Shown here in pieces: positions 1 to 13,573 of a stretch of 64,000 nucleotides of DNA; position 1 is the first letter of the stretch, and each line of letters starts with the position of its first letter. A program made the translations under genes and the position numbers. Where the stretch lies: assembly GCA_013265495.1 (NCBI GenBank), contig MU058844.1, forward strand, positions 11,740,184-11,804,183. The letters run 5' to 3'. The notes under the pieces were generated by a model. It saw only the letters and a program-made list of their open reading frames with translations. It was not told the DNA's origin and made no database searches. The stretch is from Vicugna vicugna. Its lineage: Eukaryota.

Positions 1-1037
1 ATTTAACATTAAGCATCATGGCATATACATATAAAGGATAAAATAAATTTAAAATAACAGGAAATTTTAGTAGAAACAAATTAAGAAAAGTAAATAATTC
101 TCTTGTATGTCCATAATATTTCGGAAGCCACCTAATTCTTCTATTTCCAATGGCAGCAGCAGTTTAAAAACTTAGAATTGTCTACTATTTCTACTATCTG
201 TCGGTAAAAAGGCTTTTCAGAACAAACTGAGTTTAGTAGAAACATTAACAAATATAATCATCAGAAGTGTTTAACAATATCTTGTAGAATTTTATACATA
301 TATGTAATTAATATTCTAATTAAAATAGTTATTGTTAATACAGGTCTCAAAGGACTTGATATTTCATAACTTTAGCAACTCTTTTTGTGAATGCTACTAC
401 GTGAAAATTTTCCAAAGTTTCCCTAAAAATATATGTGCAAGGAAAAGAGATTCAGAAAAAAGAATGACAGATATGGTTGTCTTTTCCACTTTGCTATATT
501 TCAATGTTAGTGATGATCATTTAAACCTTTTAAGGATTTTAAGGCCTTTGCATAAAACGCTATTAATAAAGTTAGTGCTAATTATTTAAGAACTCATAAT
601 GACTTACTTAAAATGACCAAATACTTAGACTAGGACTACCAACGTGACTGTATCATAGAATTGTTACTGATAAAATAATATTTGAGCATTAATTACACTA
701 TTTTTCCTGTATTTATGTTCCTGTATTATCCAGCATCATCTCCCCATCCATCTACTGAAGACTCTAAAAATACTTCCTACTGTTAATAACATATGTCTTT
801 TAATCTGCCCCACTGCCATATATTCAGTAATGTAAAGAAAAATTTTGGCAAAATATGGACCATATCTACATAATTAAAGCATACAATAATAACCACTGCA
901 TCTATGATTCTATTATTCTGAAAGCTTTACTGATATCTTTTATTATATCTTAGAGCCATGTACTCCAACTTTACATTTCTGGCATTAATAAAAAGTCTTT
1001 TACAAGTGCCATTTGTGACAATTACGCTTTTTCTTAC

Positions 1038-1110
1038 CTTCAGCAGATAGACCTTGAACATTTACTCCTCTGGCTGCTAGAAAGCTAAGGCAGACATCAA
1101 CATTTTCAAT
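1038..1110 (-). CDS. NAV3: NAV3 coding exon 4, 73 nt (too short for the ORF track)
   Basis: catgttgcag|ATTGAAAATGTTGATGTC...TCTGCTGAAG|gtaagaa. Phase 0 after exon 3; translates IENVDVCLSFLAARGVNVQGLSAE, continuing the CH domain. Confidence 0.96.
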
Positions 1111-4100
1111 CTGCAACATGAAAAGCAGTGAAAAAAGTAACTTAGAAGATTATCTTTAAATAAATAAATGAGCTAGAATGAAGCCAGGGAGAAAGATAAA
1201 GAAAGAATGAATACTTTACATTCATTTCATACTAGAGATCTCTAACCAGAGTTTAACTAGAATTATTTCGGCTAATTGCAGAATGAATATAAAGACTGCA
1301 TTGTCCAGTTTGGTTCTTACAAACAATTCATAAAGGCCTGATCAAGAAAGGCATTCTTACAGTTAGCAACCCACCTACTTAACATAAAACTAGATTTTCT
1401 GCTTCACAAATAACTCTCAACTAAAGCAATGACACAGGAGGAGATTCTAGCTTGTGTGAGTCGTAGAATGTAAGGATGTAGGTAATTGAGATTCAGCTAG
1501 TAATATCTGGTAAGTATGCCAAAAGATAAGCAAGATGGAGAAAGAGTCGATACACATAAAAGAAATGAAGCACTTTTTTCATTCTAAACCATAGAAATTT
1601 TTTATTTTAAAAACTGTATTTGCATTTCTACAGTTGAGGAATCTTCTTATTAAATATAGGTATCACCCTTATAATTTACAAGGGTGATGCCACAGCCATT
1701 TAGGGTGAGAAGCAAAAAAACCAAATGGCTAATTTATGTTAATTCATGGGTTGATCTCACTATTAGTCATGGTATTATATAGCAAAGTCAAACATCTAAG
1801 ACTTTTTAAAAGACTGTAGGAAACTAGAAAGTTCCAGCTCTTTGTGAGTCATCTCCCTGGGTTTTTTGGTATTCCATAAATCTTGAAATTCTAAAGTAAA
1901 TAACAGATTTAAAGTTAATACTTGGCAAGGTACTGTTTTCTGTCTTATTAAATTCTCATCAAAAGTTACGCATAGGACAGACAAAGTTCTGCCAATGTCC
2001 TCTCTAGCTGAGCTTCACAGTAAGGTCGAAATGTCTCTTAAAGAAAATAAACAGAAAAAAATAGATTCCAGGATCTGTCCTTACAAAATGGACAACTATT
2101 TATGTTCCTTTTTAAATGTAATTCTGTGCAAAATTAAATCATGTCCAATGAGATGCTCTTTGCTTAAAAAATGATTGCAGCCATGGTATACACATTTGCT
2201 TTGAAAAAAAATTATATTGATTCATTTCAAAATAAGTTTTACTGAAATTTTTCTTCCAAAAACATGATAGAGTTGATGACTCTAAAGACAATATGACCAC
2301 GTGGGTCTTCTCATCCTGCCCAGCAACATCTAAATACCCAAGAAAACCTATGGTGCTGAAATCTACTTCAACTTCTGTCCTTTCTTTACATTTCACTTTG
2401 ATACTAGGAAATAAGATTATATATGGAAGGAAAGTGAAAGAAAAGAAGAAATGTAACCAATAGGATATACCACTGTGTCCATCCAACTGGTTCTTTAAAA
2501 AAACTTTTTCAGGTTGATTAAAAGTAATTAAATGATGCCAAATAATTATTGTGGCCTAATATTAAGACAAATTGAACTGAATATTTGTAAACGTTTGCCA
2601 TAATTATCCTGAAGTTACTAATTTTGCATCAATTATATCCCTTTTATAGAAAGTAAGAAGATTTCTGGCCGAAACATATAAAATTTATTACAAAATGTTA
2701 ACAGGCTTTTCTTGACTAAGTTTTAGTTATTTTTATTATATATAAACAGATGAGGTCATTGGAAGACCAAGAAGGTGTTACTGAAAAGGGTCTGTAATTA
2801 CATTTGTAAGATAGCTTTTTTGGCTACCATTTAAACCAGCAAAAAATAAACTGCTGCCTAGATTGGGAATTAGAAACAATCAACTCTCTCTCAACAGGCG
2901 CCATAAATTAGAAAGGGAAACTGAGGGTCCAAGTAGAGGAAAGAATAAAAAAATCTTCAAAATATAGCTTACATTCCTTTTATATTTATTATGTTTTGTA
3001 ATATTCCCTTACACTAACAATTTGAGATAGTTAATTCAGTTTCTCATTATACTATGGCAGTTAAGTAGCAGAACCAGGATAAGTATTCGAACACAAAATT
3101 TAATATGAATATTTAAGGACAGTCCATTAAGATGTATTTACTTGTCAGTATTTGTTTATTGGTCAAAACTAATTTTCCAACAGTGTAATAGCATAATAAA
3201 CATAACTTAAGAAAATAATATCCTTCCTCTACTTAACTCTGGTCATCTGTAAACTCAATCATGCTTGTTGGTACTATTTATACTTTTTACACAATGAAAA
3301 GTTAAAATAAAAAAAAAATGGCATTGAGAAATGTTGTTAAATGCGTTACATGATTAGCTTCCTCATCAGAGGCATACTCTAAAATAATTTCGGGAGACTT
3401 TTTAACTATAAAATAATATATTTTGATCAATGATTATTTTAATAAATTTGAGACATGTTTCTCATAATTTCTGATTTAAAAAATAGATTGGCTCCAAACA
3501 TTTCCCAGATAAATAGTCCTATAAATACTGTTTTAGTTACTATTTTTTGTCATGTTAAACCACAATTGTTCTTTGAACTAAAAACTCCTAAACTTTTTTG
3601 GTAATTACAAACAGATAAAAGTGATTTTGCTATCAAATTGATCCAATTAGTCGAAGTGAATTTTATTTTTTCTTAATATTATTTGAATCAGATACCAAAT
3701 AAGCTGTCAAAATTCAAATTGTACTTTAACACCTAATATTTTGGGTCAATTTTTATTTAGAGTAATTTCATGTTCCTTAATAAACTATTTTATAAACAAC
3801 TCAATGTGCATGCACATAAATATAATGGAAACAAAAGTTTCACAGATCAACACTTACTAAACTGAAATCACTCTGATGCCTTCTATATATTTCTAAGAAC
3901 ACTGTCTTCTATTTTACTTAATTAATTAATATTATTTACACTATTTAAGTATTGGTTAAAATCCAGTAGGTGAATTTCCGGATTCATTAATGAATACAAA
4001 TCCACAATTTGGAAACCACTGCCCTAAAGAAGACCAGAACATTGACACGTCTATTGTTATCTTTTTTGGGGTAGGGGGAGCATTATATTCAATGACAAAT

Positions 4101-5309
4101 AAAAAAGTGGAAAATTATCTTCACAAGCAAGGTCTCTGCAAGGATTTAACTAAATCAGTTAACTGGCATAAAAGAAGAGCAATATTCAAAATTCTGGTTA
4201 TATAATCACGCAGATAATCCTAATGTTATGTTGATAAACCGTATGCCTGTGTCTAAGATCAGAAAAAGAATTTTAACTCTTCAGTCCCCTTTAATTTGCC
4301 TAGATATAAAATAATTTTGAACAGAAAAGCAAATGAGTTGAAACTTGAGTCAATCCTTTATAAGCGACCAGTTATTTTACCAAAATTAAACCACTATTTC
4401 AAAATTACTACGTTATTTGACAAAGTCAATCTTTTCTTGATCTTCCTCTCCTCACTCCTATTTTGTTTACAGGTATATAGGGATGTAGAGAAGTCTGTTG
4501 AGTTTTCATAGTTTTATTTATTTATTTTTTCAAGAATATTTAAAAATTTGATGAAAATATGGATTTAGTGAAATGTGAAGCCTCTGGGAGCTAGGAACTT
4601 TGTTTTGTTGACTCATGTGATTCCAGCAACATAGCATGATGTTTGGTATCTGACAGATGTTCAGTGTATACTTGAGGAAGGATGGAGGAACGAAGGACTG
4701 GTGGTCAATTGGTCCTTGTATTGTTGGAAGAAATTAGTACAGGCATTAAAAAAGAGAGAGAGGGAGAAAGAGAGAGAGAATCATTTGATCCAGAGGCTAC
4801 ATGGTAGATTCTCTTTGGGATCTTTTAAAATACACTACTTCCCTGTACCTGACCCCAGATAATAAGAATCAGAAATTCTGTGAGTAGGGGTTAGACATCA
4901 GTGTGTTTTCAAATTTCAGCTCCTAATCTCAATCTGTCCTCATCTTTACAGATTAAGCAACTGACCTCAGAGAAATTCTCACATGAGGATGAGCAAAGAA
5001 GCCAACAAGAGAGCATATACTACATATGCTCAGTTTATATGAAATTCAAGATCATCAATACTAAACAATGAAAACAGAAGACAGAACAATGATAAACTTT
5101 GGTGGGGTGGAGCAGGAACAGACATTCTGGAAGCGTCCTTTATTTTGATCTGAGTGATGTACACAGGTATATACACATTTAAAATCAATCAGCTATATAC
5201 TTCAGATTGGAGGACTTGACACACTTTCTATGTGTGTTTTGCCTCCATCTCTATTAGAGTATTTATACCTTTCTATGTAAGTTTTGCTTAAGTTGAAAAT
5301 AAAAATAAA

Positions 5310-5960
5310 AGGATTGGCCCCTTGTTTTGTTGAGAAGAGACTCCAGCCACACAAGGATAGAAGTATGGAAATCTGTTAGGTGGTTGTTGTTAGTAATTAA
5401 AGTGAAAGATGATGATGTTTCAGACAGTGACGGTAGGAGTAAGGTGATGAGAAGTGATCAGATTCTTGATATGTGTGGAAGGAATCTCATGGGAAGATGT
5501 GGCATATAAGAGAAAGAGAGGGATGAAGGATGAAGCCAAGGTATTTGGCCTCAGCAACTAGGTGGATGCAATCTCCATGCCTTAAGATGAAAAAGTCTCA
5601 GATAGATACAAGGAGTTAATTTTTGGACATACGGTCTGGTCTGTTAGATGTACAAAAGGATGACCAGGCATTCGGACACACAATCCTGAAGTTCAATTTA
5701 GAGTTCTGGGGACAGAGGTCAAATTTTAGGGTCATCCTCATACAGACAGAATTAAAGCCATTGGGCTAGATTAAATCACCAAGGGTATGTAGCTACAAAA
5801 GAGGGACAAACACGGATCCCAAGGAGACGACCATTGGAAAGATGAGTCACAACCAACAGAGGAAACCAAGAAAAAGCAACCAGTGACGTTTAAGGAAAAT
5901 CAGGAGCGTGTGGAGCACAGGCAACAACCTGAAGAAAGTGTATTAATGCCAAGGGGGAGG
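5310..5960 (-). mobile_element. LINE-2 fragment
   Basis: gagaagtgatcagattcttgat...aaggatgaagccaaggtatttggcctcagcaact...tttttggacat, the typical antisense L2 pattern. Confidence 0.65.
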
Positions 5961-8900
5961 TGAGCTCTAGCAAAAGCAGCTGGAAAGCAAGACTAGAACT
6001 AAGAAGTGGCTCAGGTTTAGGATTAAGTACATCAGTTCTTAAAAGGCTTGATCCTACTCCCTCATTCTCATGTTTGCTAGCACTTGGGTGCATACTCTCT
6101 CTCTCTATATATATACACACACACATACATATATACATATATATGCTTACTCATATTTATAAAGAAATATACATATACAACATACATATGTAAGGCAATC
6201 CACAGACATGCATATATCTGACTAGCAAAAAAGAAGCTCCCTGAGGATTCTTTTCTACTTTGTCCAATGCTCTCTCTCTCTGGTGTCTAGAAGAGACATA
6301 CGCTATAAACAATAGCTGGGGAAGCGAATTGACTACAGAAGGATAAAAATCAAGCTTTTATGCCTCAGTCATTCAAATAAAACAGAAGAAATGATCAAAC
6401 AATAATTCATAATACTATAAATACTCAAATCCAGTGTCTCTGGCAAGGCAATTTAGACTTGACAGCATCCTAAGTGTCTCTCTAAAGCTCATCACGCTCG
6501 TCTCCACCCGGAGGACCTGGCATCCCACGGCTCCCATGTATCCTCCCATTCCCGGCACTTTATACAGTGTCTGGCACAAAGAAGATCCTTAATGCATTCT
6601 TGTTGACTAGGCTGAAGAATTAATAAAATGGCACAGATCAACAGGTGCAAGCTCTTTCAGCGTTTGGCCCCAAATTCAGTTTCTGATCTTCTGCTTTTAT
6701 GAGGACAAGGAAGAAAATATTTCATACTGAGAGAGAGAGAGAGAAGATGAGGATGAGAATGGAAAACCAAAATAGGCTGATAAAGGGCAAACCTGTGGGA
6801 AACAGAAATGTCAAACAGTCAGTCCAATGCTGAACTGCAAACATGCAGACATAAACACTGAAATTTACATGCACAGGGAAATGATGCATTGCTACTGTAT
6901 TTTAGGATTGATAGAAAGAATTTAAAAGAATTTCCAGATCTGTGGGGCCCGGAGAGATCATCTTGTCTGATCCTTTCAAAATAAATAATGAGAAGCACAC
7001 AATAAATGTCATTACATAGAGGACCCGGTGAAACAGAACGTGTACATAGTACAATGAACTGCACACAGGAGTAAACTCTAATAAACTCAAGAAACAAAAG
7101 AGGGACTTTGACTACTGTCACAGTCTGTAACATTAGTAAAATGGCATCATTGCCTCTTTTGCTTTTGGTATTACAACAACTTTTCTGAGAATTATTCGCA
7201 TTGCATAAAACCTGTGTGTTTTCTTTAATGAAGACACTGAATAAATTTAACAGAAGTTGATTCATAGTTTTAGACATGAGTAGTTTCTATTTATATAATT
7301 AATATTAGTAACTTGAAGCCCTACCATGTAGTTTTGTTTAGGTTCTATAAATCAAACCATTCATGAATTCATTCGTCATTTATTAAACTTACTTTATGCC
7401 TCTTGTACTCAGCGTTACAGATAGAAAATTTGAAGATACAGCCACTATTCTCATATTTCCTAGAGAGCACGGATTTACTTCTAATATTTTCCACTACTCC
7501 CATGAAAAATGGGAGCCATTTTTTGAGACAAAAATTTCTTTGTTTAATTTCATAATTGTACATACATTAAATTGTATTTAATTCCTATCTTAACCTTTAT
7601 GAACTTGCTAAATATGAGCATGGGTAATTGCTAAGTCACAAACTGGGTTTCAAATGAGGAAAAGAAGCGTTTTCATTATCTTCACTTACAAAAACTCGCG
7701 ACAGTATCAGTGTATTTGTGTCTTCAATTTTTTTTAAACCTGAGGGTCAATATATGTTATACAACATAGTGTGTATTAGAAATACATGAACTTATTCATT
7801 CCAGTGTTGAATAAACTATTCCAAAAAAGTAGTGTTTTTAATTAGCATGGTTCTTTACTGAACTCATAAACTTTAAGCTGCATGTTTTATGCAGCCTTTT
7901 AGTATTTTTTTTTTAAACTACAAAACTGATGTAATCTGTTTTGGAAAATGTAACTGGAGGCATATTTCTCAATATTAACAAAATTATACCTTGCCTTTTC
8001 ATAGGTTTCTTTCACTGTCACTTACGGATCTTTAATGGAAATTACATTCTGGGTATGATTAATATCAATCTTATAGTCTGAGATTAAATTTTAACCATGG
8101 TACCAACATTTAACAACAAGTGATAAATACATTCAATCAACTGTTGACTGTTTACTGTGGGCAAAGAGCTCTGTGGGACGGTTAAAGGACAGAAGCATGA
8201 ATTATAAGGTCTTCGCCTTTGTGAGCTTTGTGAGCCTGTAAAATAGCTGAAGAGACAAAAAAAAAAAAAAGATTCTTAAATCACCATAACACAGGGCATA
8301 ATATTCCAAAAGAGACCTATAGAGAACACTGTGTGGCCGTGAAGAGAATGGATTTATCGATCTTTACTACCGAACCGGGGAAAGTTTCACAGAAGTGTCA
8401 TTTGGCCTCAAAGGATGAGTCTGGTTTTGAGAAGGTTAGACAAGCTTCAGGAGGAAGAGCAAGCATGCCTATCAGAGCAACCAAGAGTAAAACTGCTCCT
8501 AAGGATGCTTGAGAGTAGATCACTCCCACCTTTTCTTTCTGCAGTGATGTCTGCAGAGCTGGATTTGGCCTGGAACTGAAAAGCCCCCTTGGATTCTAAA
8601 ACCACTGCAGTGTAAAAAGTTCAATAATTGTAAACCAGGGAGCAGGCATAATGCTTCAAAGATGAGCCTCTCTCTATAGACACAATGCCTTCTGGTGAGG
8701 GCATGTCTGAAGGTGCCACTCTTATGAATCACACACAAAGAATGCATAGATGAATAAAAACCAAATGTAACTTTCATTATTGCTAGATGATAAATTCTTT
8801 GGGGACTTGTGCTATTTTAAGTTAATTATTCTTTCTATTTTTTCATGATAAACATGTACTGCTAGTGAATTATATAAATTAATTAAATGTGATTTGAACC

Positions 8901-10729
8901 CCCCAAAATAGATAAGATGGCTCAGTTTGAGCAAACTCCCATCCTATCATAAAGTTCAAATTATCATATAGATTTTAGCCAAATATTTAAATATAAATCT
9001 TTTTAATATAAATTTGGAGAATTAAAGTAAACTGCAATAGTCCTTTTGGACTGGTTAAAATTCTTAAGATGTTTGCTTTTGTTCATTCATATAATAATTA
9101 TTTATTCAATGAGACATGTCCAAGCCCTTAAAAAAATATACTTTCAAAGGAGAGAGGATTCCAATGTAATGCAATGAATGTTACAATCAGAAACACAGAC
9201 TCCTAGAGCAGCATGTAGAATAATCTATTCATGAAGAGGCCAGGAAAGGAGAAAGTTATTAGTACCTAAGACTTGTACCTAACCTGGTTACAAAGACATT
9301 GTCTCCTGGAGTTGCCATAACTATAGCATTTTTACAATGATAAAAGTGTGGATCAGAGAATTAAACTGTGATGTTCAAGGTTACACAGAGAAAGTATGTC
9401 CAAACCAGAGCCCACATCATCAACTTCCACATTTCCCTGCTTCAAGGGAAGCCAGTCCCAGAAAGGTTAGAAAGGGTTAACCAACTAACAGGATGTGGGG
9501 TGAGGAGAACCCAAGGAAGGAGCAATATGTGAACTGGTCATAGTTGAGAAACATCTTAGGTTGAAGGACCCGCAAGGAATTCAGAATAGCTGGGAATATT
9601 AAGAGCTGAACCTCACTTAAACCTTTCTCTACAACTCCTTTATTTACCAACATGAAAATGGGCCACTCTAAAGACTGGTGGCCTTCAATAGGTTTCAAGA
9701 AACTATGTAGGGATAGAAGTCAGGAAGACGGGATTCCAGGAACAAGAATCTTGTGATCTGGAAAATCTAGCAGCAGAAGCCCAGTCCACAGAGATAAACA
9801 GAGATGAGGAACATCCTTACCCCCTTGCTAAGGGCCTGGGCTTGATCTTAAAGCTCGGGGAGCAAATGGCGTGTTTTAAGCAAAAGAAAGAAATCATCAG
9901 TATTACATTGAAGACATATATTTTATATGACCACACAGTATACACATAGGTTTATTGGTAGAAAGTAACAAAAGTTTCACACAACAATTTCTACCCACAC
10001 TATTTGTAACATACTCTCATTGGCAAGACGTCTGTTTTAGTGTATTTAATCTTAAAACGTTATTTGCAAAATATTCACTTCATAACATACTAGGTAAACA
10101 AGCTGAACTCTCAGAAACCCTATACTCTATGTCAAGAACAGAAGCGGGGAAAACGGTTTGGAAGCTACTTCTTCCTCCATCACTTAACAAACTAGCACAG
10201 GAAGGGAGCTGACACAGAGTTTGGAGCATTTAAGTTATTTACTCCAAATGCAAAATCCTTTTCATCTTTACCATAAACGCTGATAAATTAGATATTATTA
10301 TGACCATGAAATAGAGGCTTAGGCATAATATACTTTTTGTAAGCTTACACAATTAATTAATAGCAGAGCCAGAATTCAAATTCAGTCCTGTCAGTCTCCA
10401 ATGAACTTGCTCTTTCTGCCATACCATGCTTCCCAGCACTGTAACTTAGACATTCTCACGACTGAGCCATTTCCAGCTTCTGACTCAAGCTCTCTCTCTA
10501 CATGATTGACTGGTGGCTGGGGCACAGGCCTGGCACAGGATCGATGCTCCATATATATTTGGGTAAATGTAAGAATGAAATTTTTTAGTGAACAGTGAAG
10601 GGAAGGCCAAAGAGAGTCTGCGAAATCTGTTTGCTCCATACATAGTCTAAGTTCACAAGATGCAAACAGTTCCAAATTACCTCACAAATATTCAATGCAT
10701 CTTTATATCTGGGAAAATGAACATACAGA

Positions 10730-10919
10730 TTGATACAGGCAAGGAATGGATTCCCCCAAAACCTCTAGAGGGCGCACAGGACTGCTGGAACCTTGATTTT
10801 GGCCCTGTGATACTGATTTCAGATTTCTGGCATCCAAGACAGTGAGAGATTAAAGTTCTACTGTGTTAAGCCACCACATTTGTGATGATTTGTTACAGCA
10901 GCCACAGGAAACTGATACA
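10730..10919 (+). mobile_element. MaLR LTR fragment (MLT1B/C-like)
   Basis: aggcaaggaatggattcccc...ccttgattttggccctgtgatactgatttcagatttctggcatccaagac...ttgttacagcagccacaggaaactgataca. Confidence 0.8.
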
Positions 10920-11239
10920 ATTATTGACTTAGCAGAGCAGTAGATAGCAAAACGTTAGCAAGTCTAAGTGTGAGCTGAGATCCACAAGCATGAAGATTTT
11001 CAGGCCGTGCCATCTGAGCTTTGAATTGTTAGGTCTGTGGGGAGGGGAGGTGAAAGATGCAGTTTAACTAGGTACCTCGTGTCCCTGCATGCTGTATCCT
11101 GTGTTCTCCTTTCCTATCTCAAGTTAGCCAGTATTGTGGGATAAGAAGAGGTAAGGGATAGTAATGATGCTTAGCTCTTCAGTTTGTTTTTGTGTTTAGT
11201 TGGTCTAGGGTGAAGTACAAGGAGTCAGTTCATTAATGC

Positions 11240-11432
11240 AGCACTATAGTATACTAATTACAAGTTCTGCAGTCAAATAAATCTGAGTCTGCATCCTAGT
11301 TATGCAATTTACACACTGTGAGAAATAAACCAAGAACAATTTTACTCTTTTGAAGCCTCCGTTTCCTTATCTGTGAAATGGGAAGGAAAGCAGTTCCCAA
11401 GTAATCTATTATGTGAGGATTAAAGATGTTTT
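11240..11432 (+). mobile_element. MIR SINE
   Basis: agcctccgtttccttatctgtgaaatggg...gtgaggattaaa. Confidence 0.7.
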
Positions 11433-11435
11433 AAG

Positions 11436-11615
11436 GAAGAATAGATAAACAAGTTTATATTGTATAGCACAGGGAAATACATTCAAGATCTTGTAGTAGC
11501 TCACGGTGAAAAAGAATATGAAAACGAATATATGTGTATTCATGTATGACTAGAAAATTGTGCTGTACACCAGAAATTGACATGACATTGTAAACTTACT
11601 ATACTTCAATAAAAA
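11436..11615 (+). mobile_element. Short 3' end of camelid-type L1, inserted in a MIR
   Basis: gaatagataaacaag...gtatagcacagggaaatacattcaagatcttgtagtagctc...tatacttcaataaaaa, the same 3' UTR as the copies at 29.2 and 61.5 kb. Confidence 0.88.
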
Positions 11616-11834
11616 TTGACTACTGAAGGTAACAAACACTAAAATTATTAAGAGACTGCTATAAAATATGTTTTCTAACACTAGATATGATTGTACTTTG
11701 TGTTTACTGGGCATAATATCAGTGAGAAACAATTTATAGCATTTTAAGTCAAAAACACAAGAATAAAGAACATGTTTCAGAAAATGGTTGACATTTAAAT
11801 ATACAGTAGACATAGTGCATACATTTTCAATGGC

Positions 11835-11838
<4 letters not shown>

Positions 11839-11889
<51 letters not shown>
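11839..11889. repeat. Compound (CT)n(AT)n microsatellite
   Basis: Visible tandem dinucleotides. Confidence 0.95.
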
Positions 11890-13534
11890 AAGCTTACAAT
11901 TTGCTCACAAAAACAAAAATATCTTTTATCCTGTCTGCTAAAAAAAATGTACATGGAACCTGGAATCCAAACCAAAATTAGTTACTTTATCTCAGTTTCT
12001 ATGTGTCCTCCTAATGGCACAAGCCAGTTTAAATACTGATACTCACAAGAAGAACATTTACACTATTTATTTCATAATATAATGTTAATGCAGAAAAGCA
12101 CCCTTGTATTTTGGCATTTACTTAATTTCTGAATGGCAGGGCAGATAACTTCCAAAAAAATTTAACAGCCTTGCTGCTGCTGCTTTTCTTTGTAAATTAG
12201 GCAATGTATTTAGGGATGATCTTTCTCACCTTACTATGAATGTAGTTTTTAAAAACTATACATGTTGAAAACCTAAGTATATCTGTAAGATGAAATATTG
12301 AACAGAAGCCATGGTCTTTGAAGCTTTGTTAAACCATTCTAGGAAGTCAGAGTTCCAACGGACTTCAGAGTTCATCAGTCTAATTTCCTCACTGCAGAAA
12401 TGAGTGAAGACTGGGTGTTTAATGAATTCTTTTTCCTGGGTCATCTAGTTAGAATTTCAGTGACCACTGTCTTTTCAACATGACACACTTGCTCACAGAG
12501 CCCCCATGTTATTTCAATGGCTTCATTTGAACTTTAAATTACTAGTATATACAGAGCAACTCCTAGAGACAAACTCAGTTTTAAAGGTCATCAGGGTGAT
12601 ACTCTAATAAATTCCCTAATGCTTGTAATTTATGCTCATTTCTCCAAAGACTGAGCCTACATACAAATAATGAAATCATTAAGGAATTTACAAAGTGGAG
12701 ATTTTTCAGTTAGTATTTCTTGTATTTCTTTAGAGATCAGAGCTATATTTGTAGGAAAGCATTTGTCTTCATTAAGCTATCTTTTTCTAGACATTCCAGA
12801 AGATGAACAGCTTCAAAATGGCAGGGGATCATGTGAATGGACTAACTTAGCAATGTTCCCCTCCTCTGAGTCATGGGGCTAGAATCCTGCAGTGTGCCAT
12901 TTATAAGATTCTATTAAACCTTTATAGCATTCCAATATTTGATCTCTTCCCTATTTGGTTAGAAACCTCATCTTCTTATCTTACCTAAATAGATCCCTTA
13001 AAAGAGCAGCAATAATAAGCAATGGCTGAAAGAATTAAAACTTTAAAGGGCAGCATGCTGATAAAAGCACGAGATATTTTTTCTATCAAGAATAGTTTCA
13101 CAGTCCAGATAACTGTAAACTATAGAAAAGGAATAAAGATGCCTGGGAAATCCACAACAGTAATGATTTTGGAAGCCACAAACTTTTAGGACATAGAATC
13201 AGAGAATTAAGCGGAGATTAACACCTAATTTTTCATCTTCTAGGAATGAAAAACGGTAAGAGACACAATTGTTCCAAAAATTCTCAGATCAGCAAAATTT
13301 AACCAGTATGATATGATGGAAAATAAGGTAGAAGGTCGTGGCTGAAAAACAATGAAGCCACTAGAATGAGTTAAAGGGAGGAGTCAGCAAAGCAGAAGGA
13401 CAGGCTGTGGATCCCATTTGCCAGATCCTCAGCTATGCTCTGTCATCTAATTCTTGGTTTGCGACTCTTTCACATAATCAAATTTCCTAATCTCTCAATG
13501 CGTTTGTGAAGATTATTAAGCATAATGGTCTATT

Positions 13535-13573
13535 TTACTAACATCACACTCCAACCAATTGAGCTAACCAGCC
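13535..13573 (-). pseudogene. Tailless retrocopy of the 5' half of tRNA-Ile(AAT), diverged
   Basis: Minus strand GGCTGGTTAGCTCAATTGGTTGGAGTGTGATGTTAGTAA versus tRNA-Ile GGCCGGTTAGCTCAGTTGGTTAGAGCGTGGTGCTAATAA. 15-bp TSD taatggtctatttta (13523-13537) / taacggtctatttta (13582-13596). Confidence 0.85.

Noticed and set aside
6819..7277. 152-aa minus-strand ORF as a nested gene
   Set aside because: No recognisable domain, composition typical of AT-rich intron, and no promoter or convincing splice structure.
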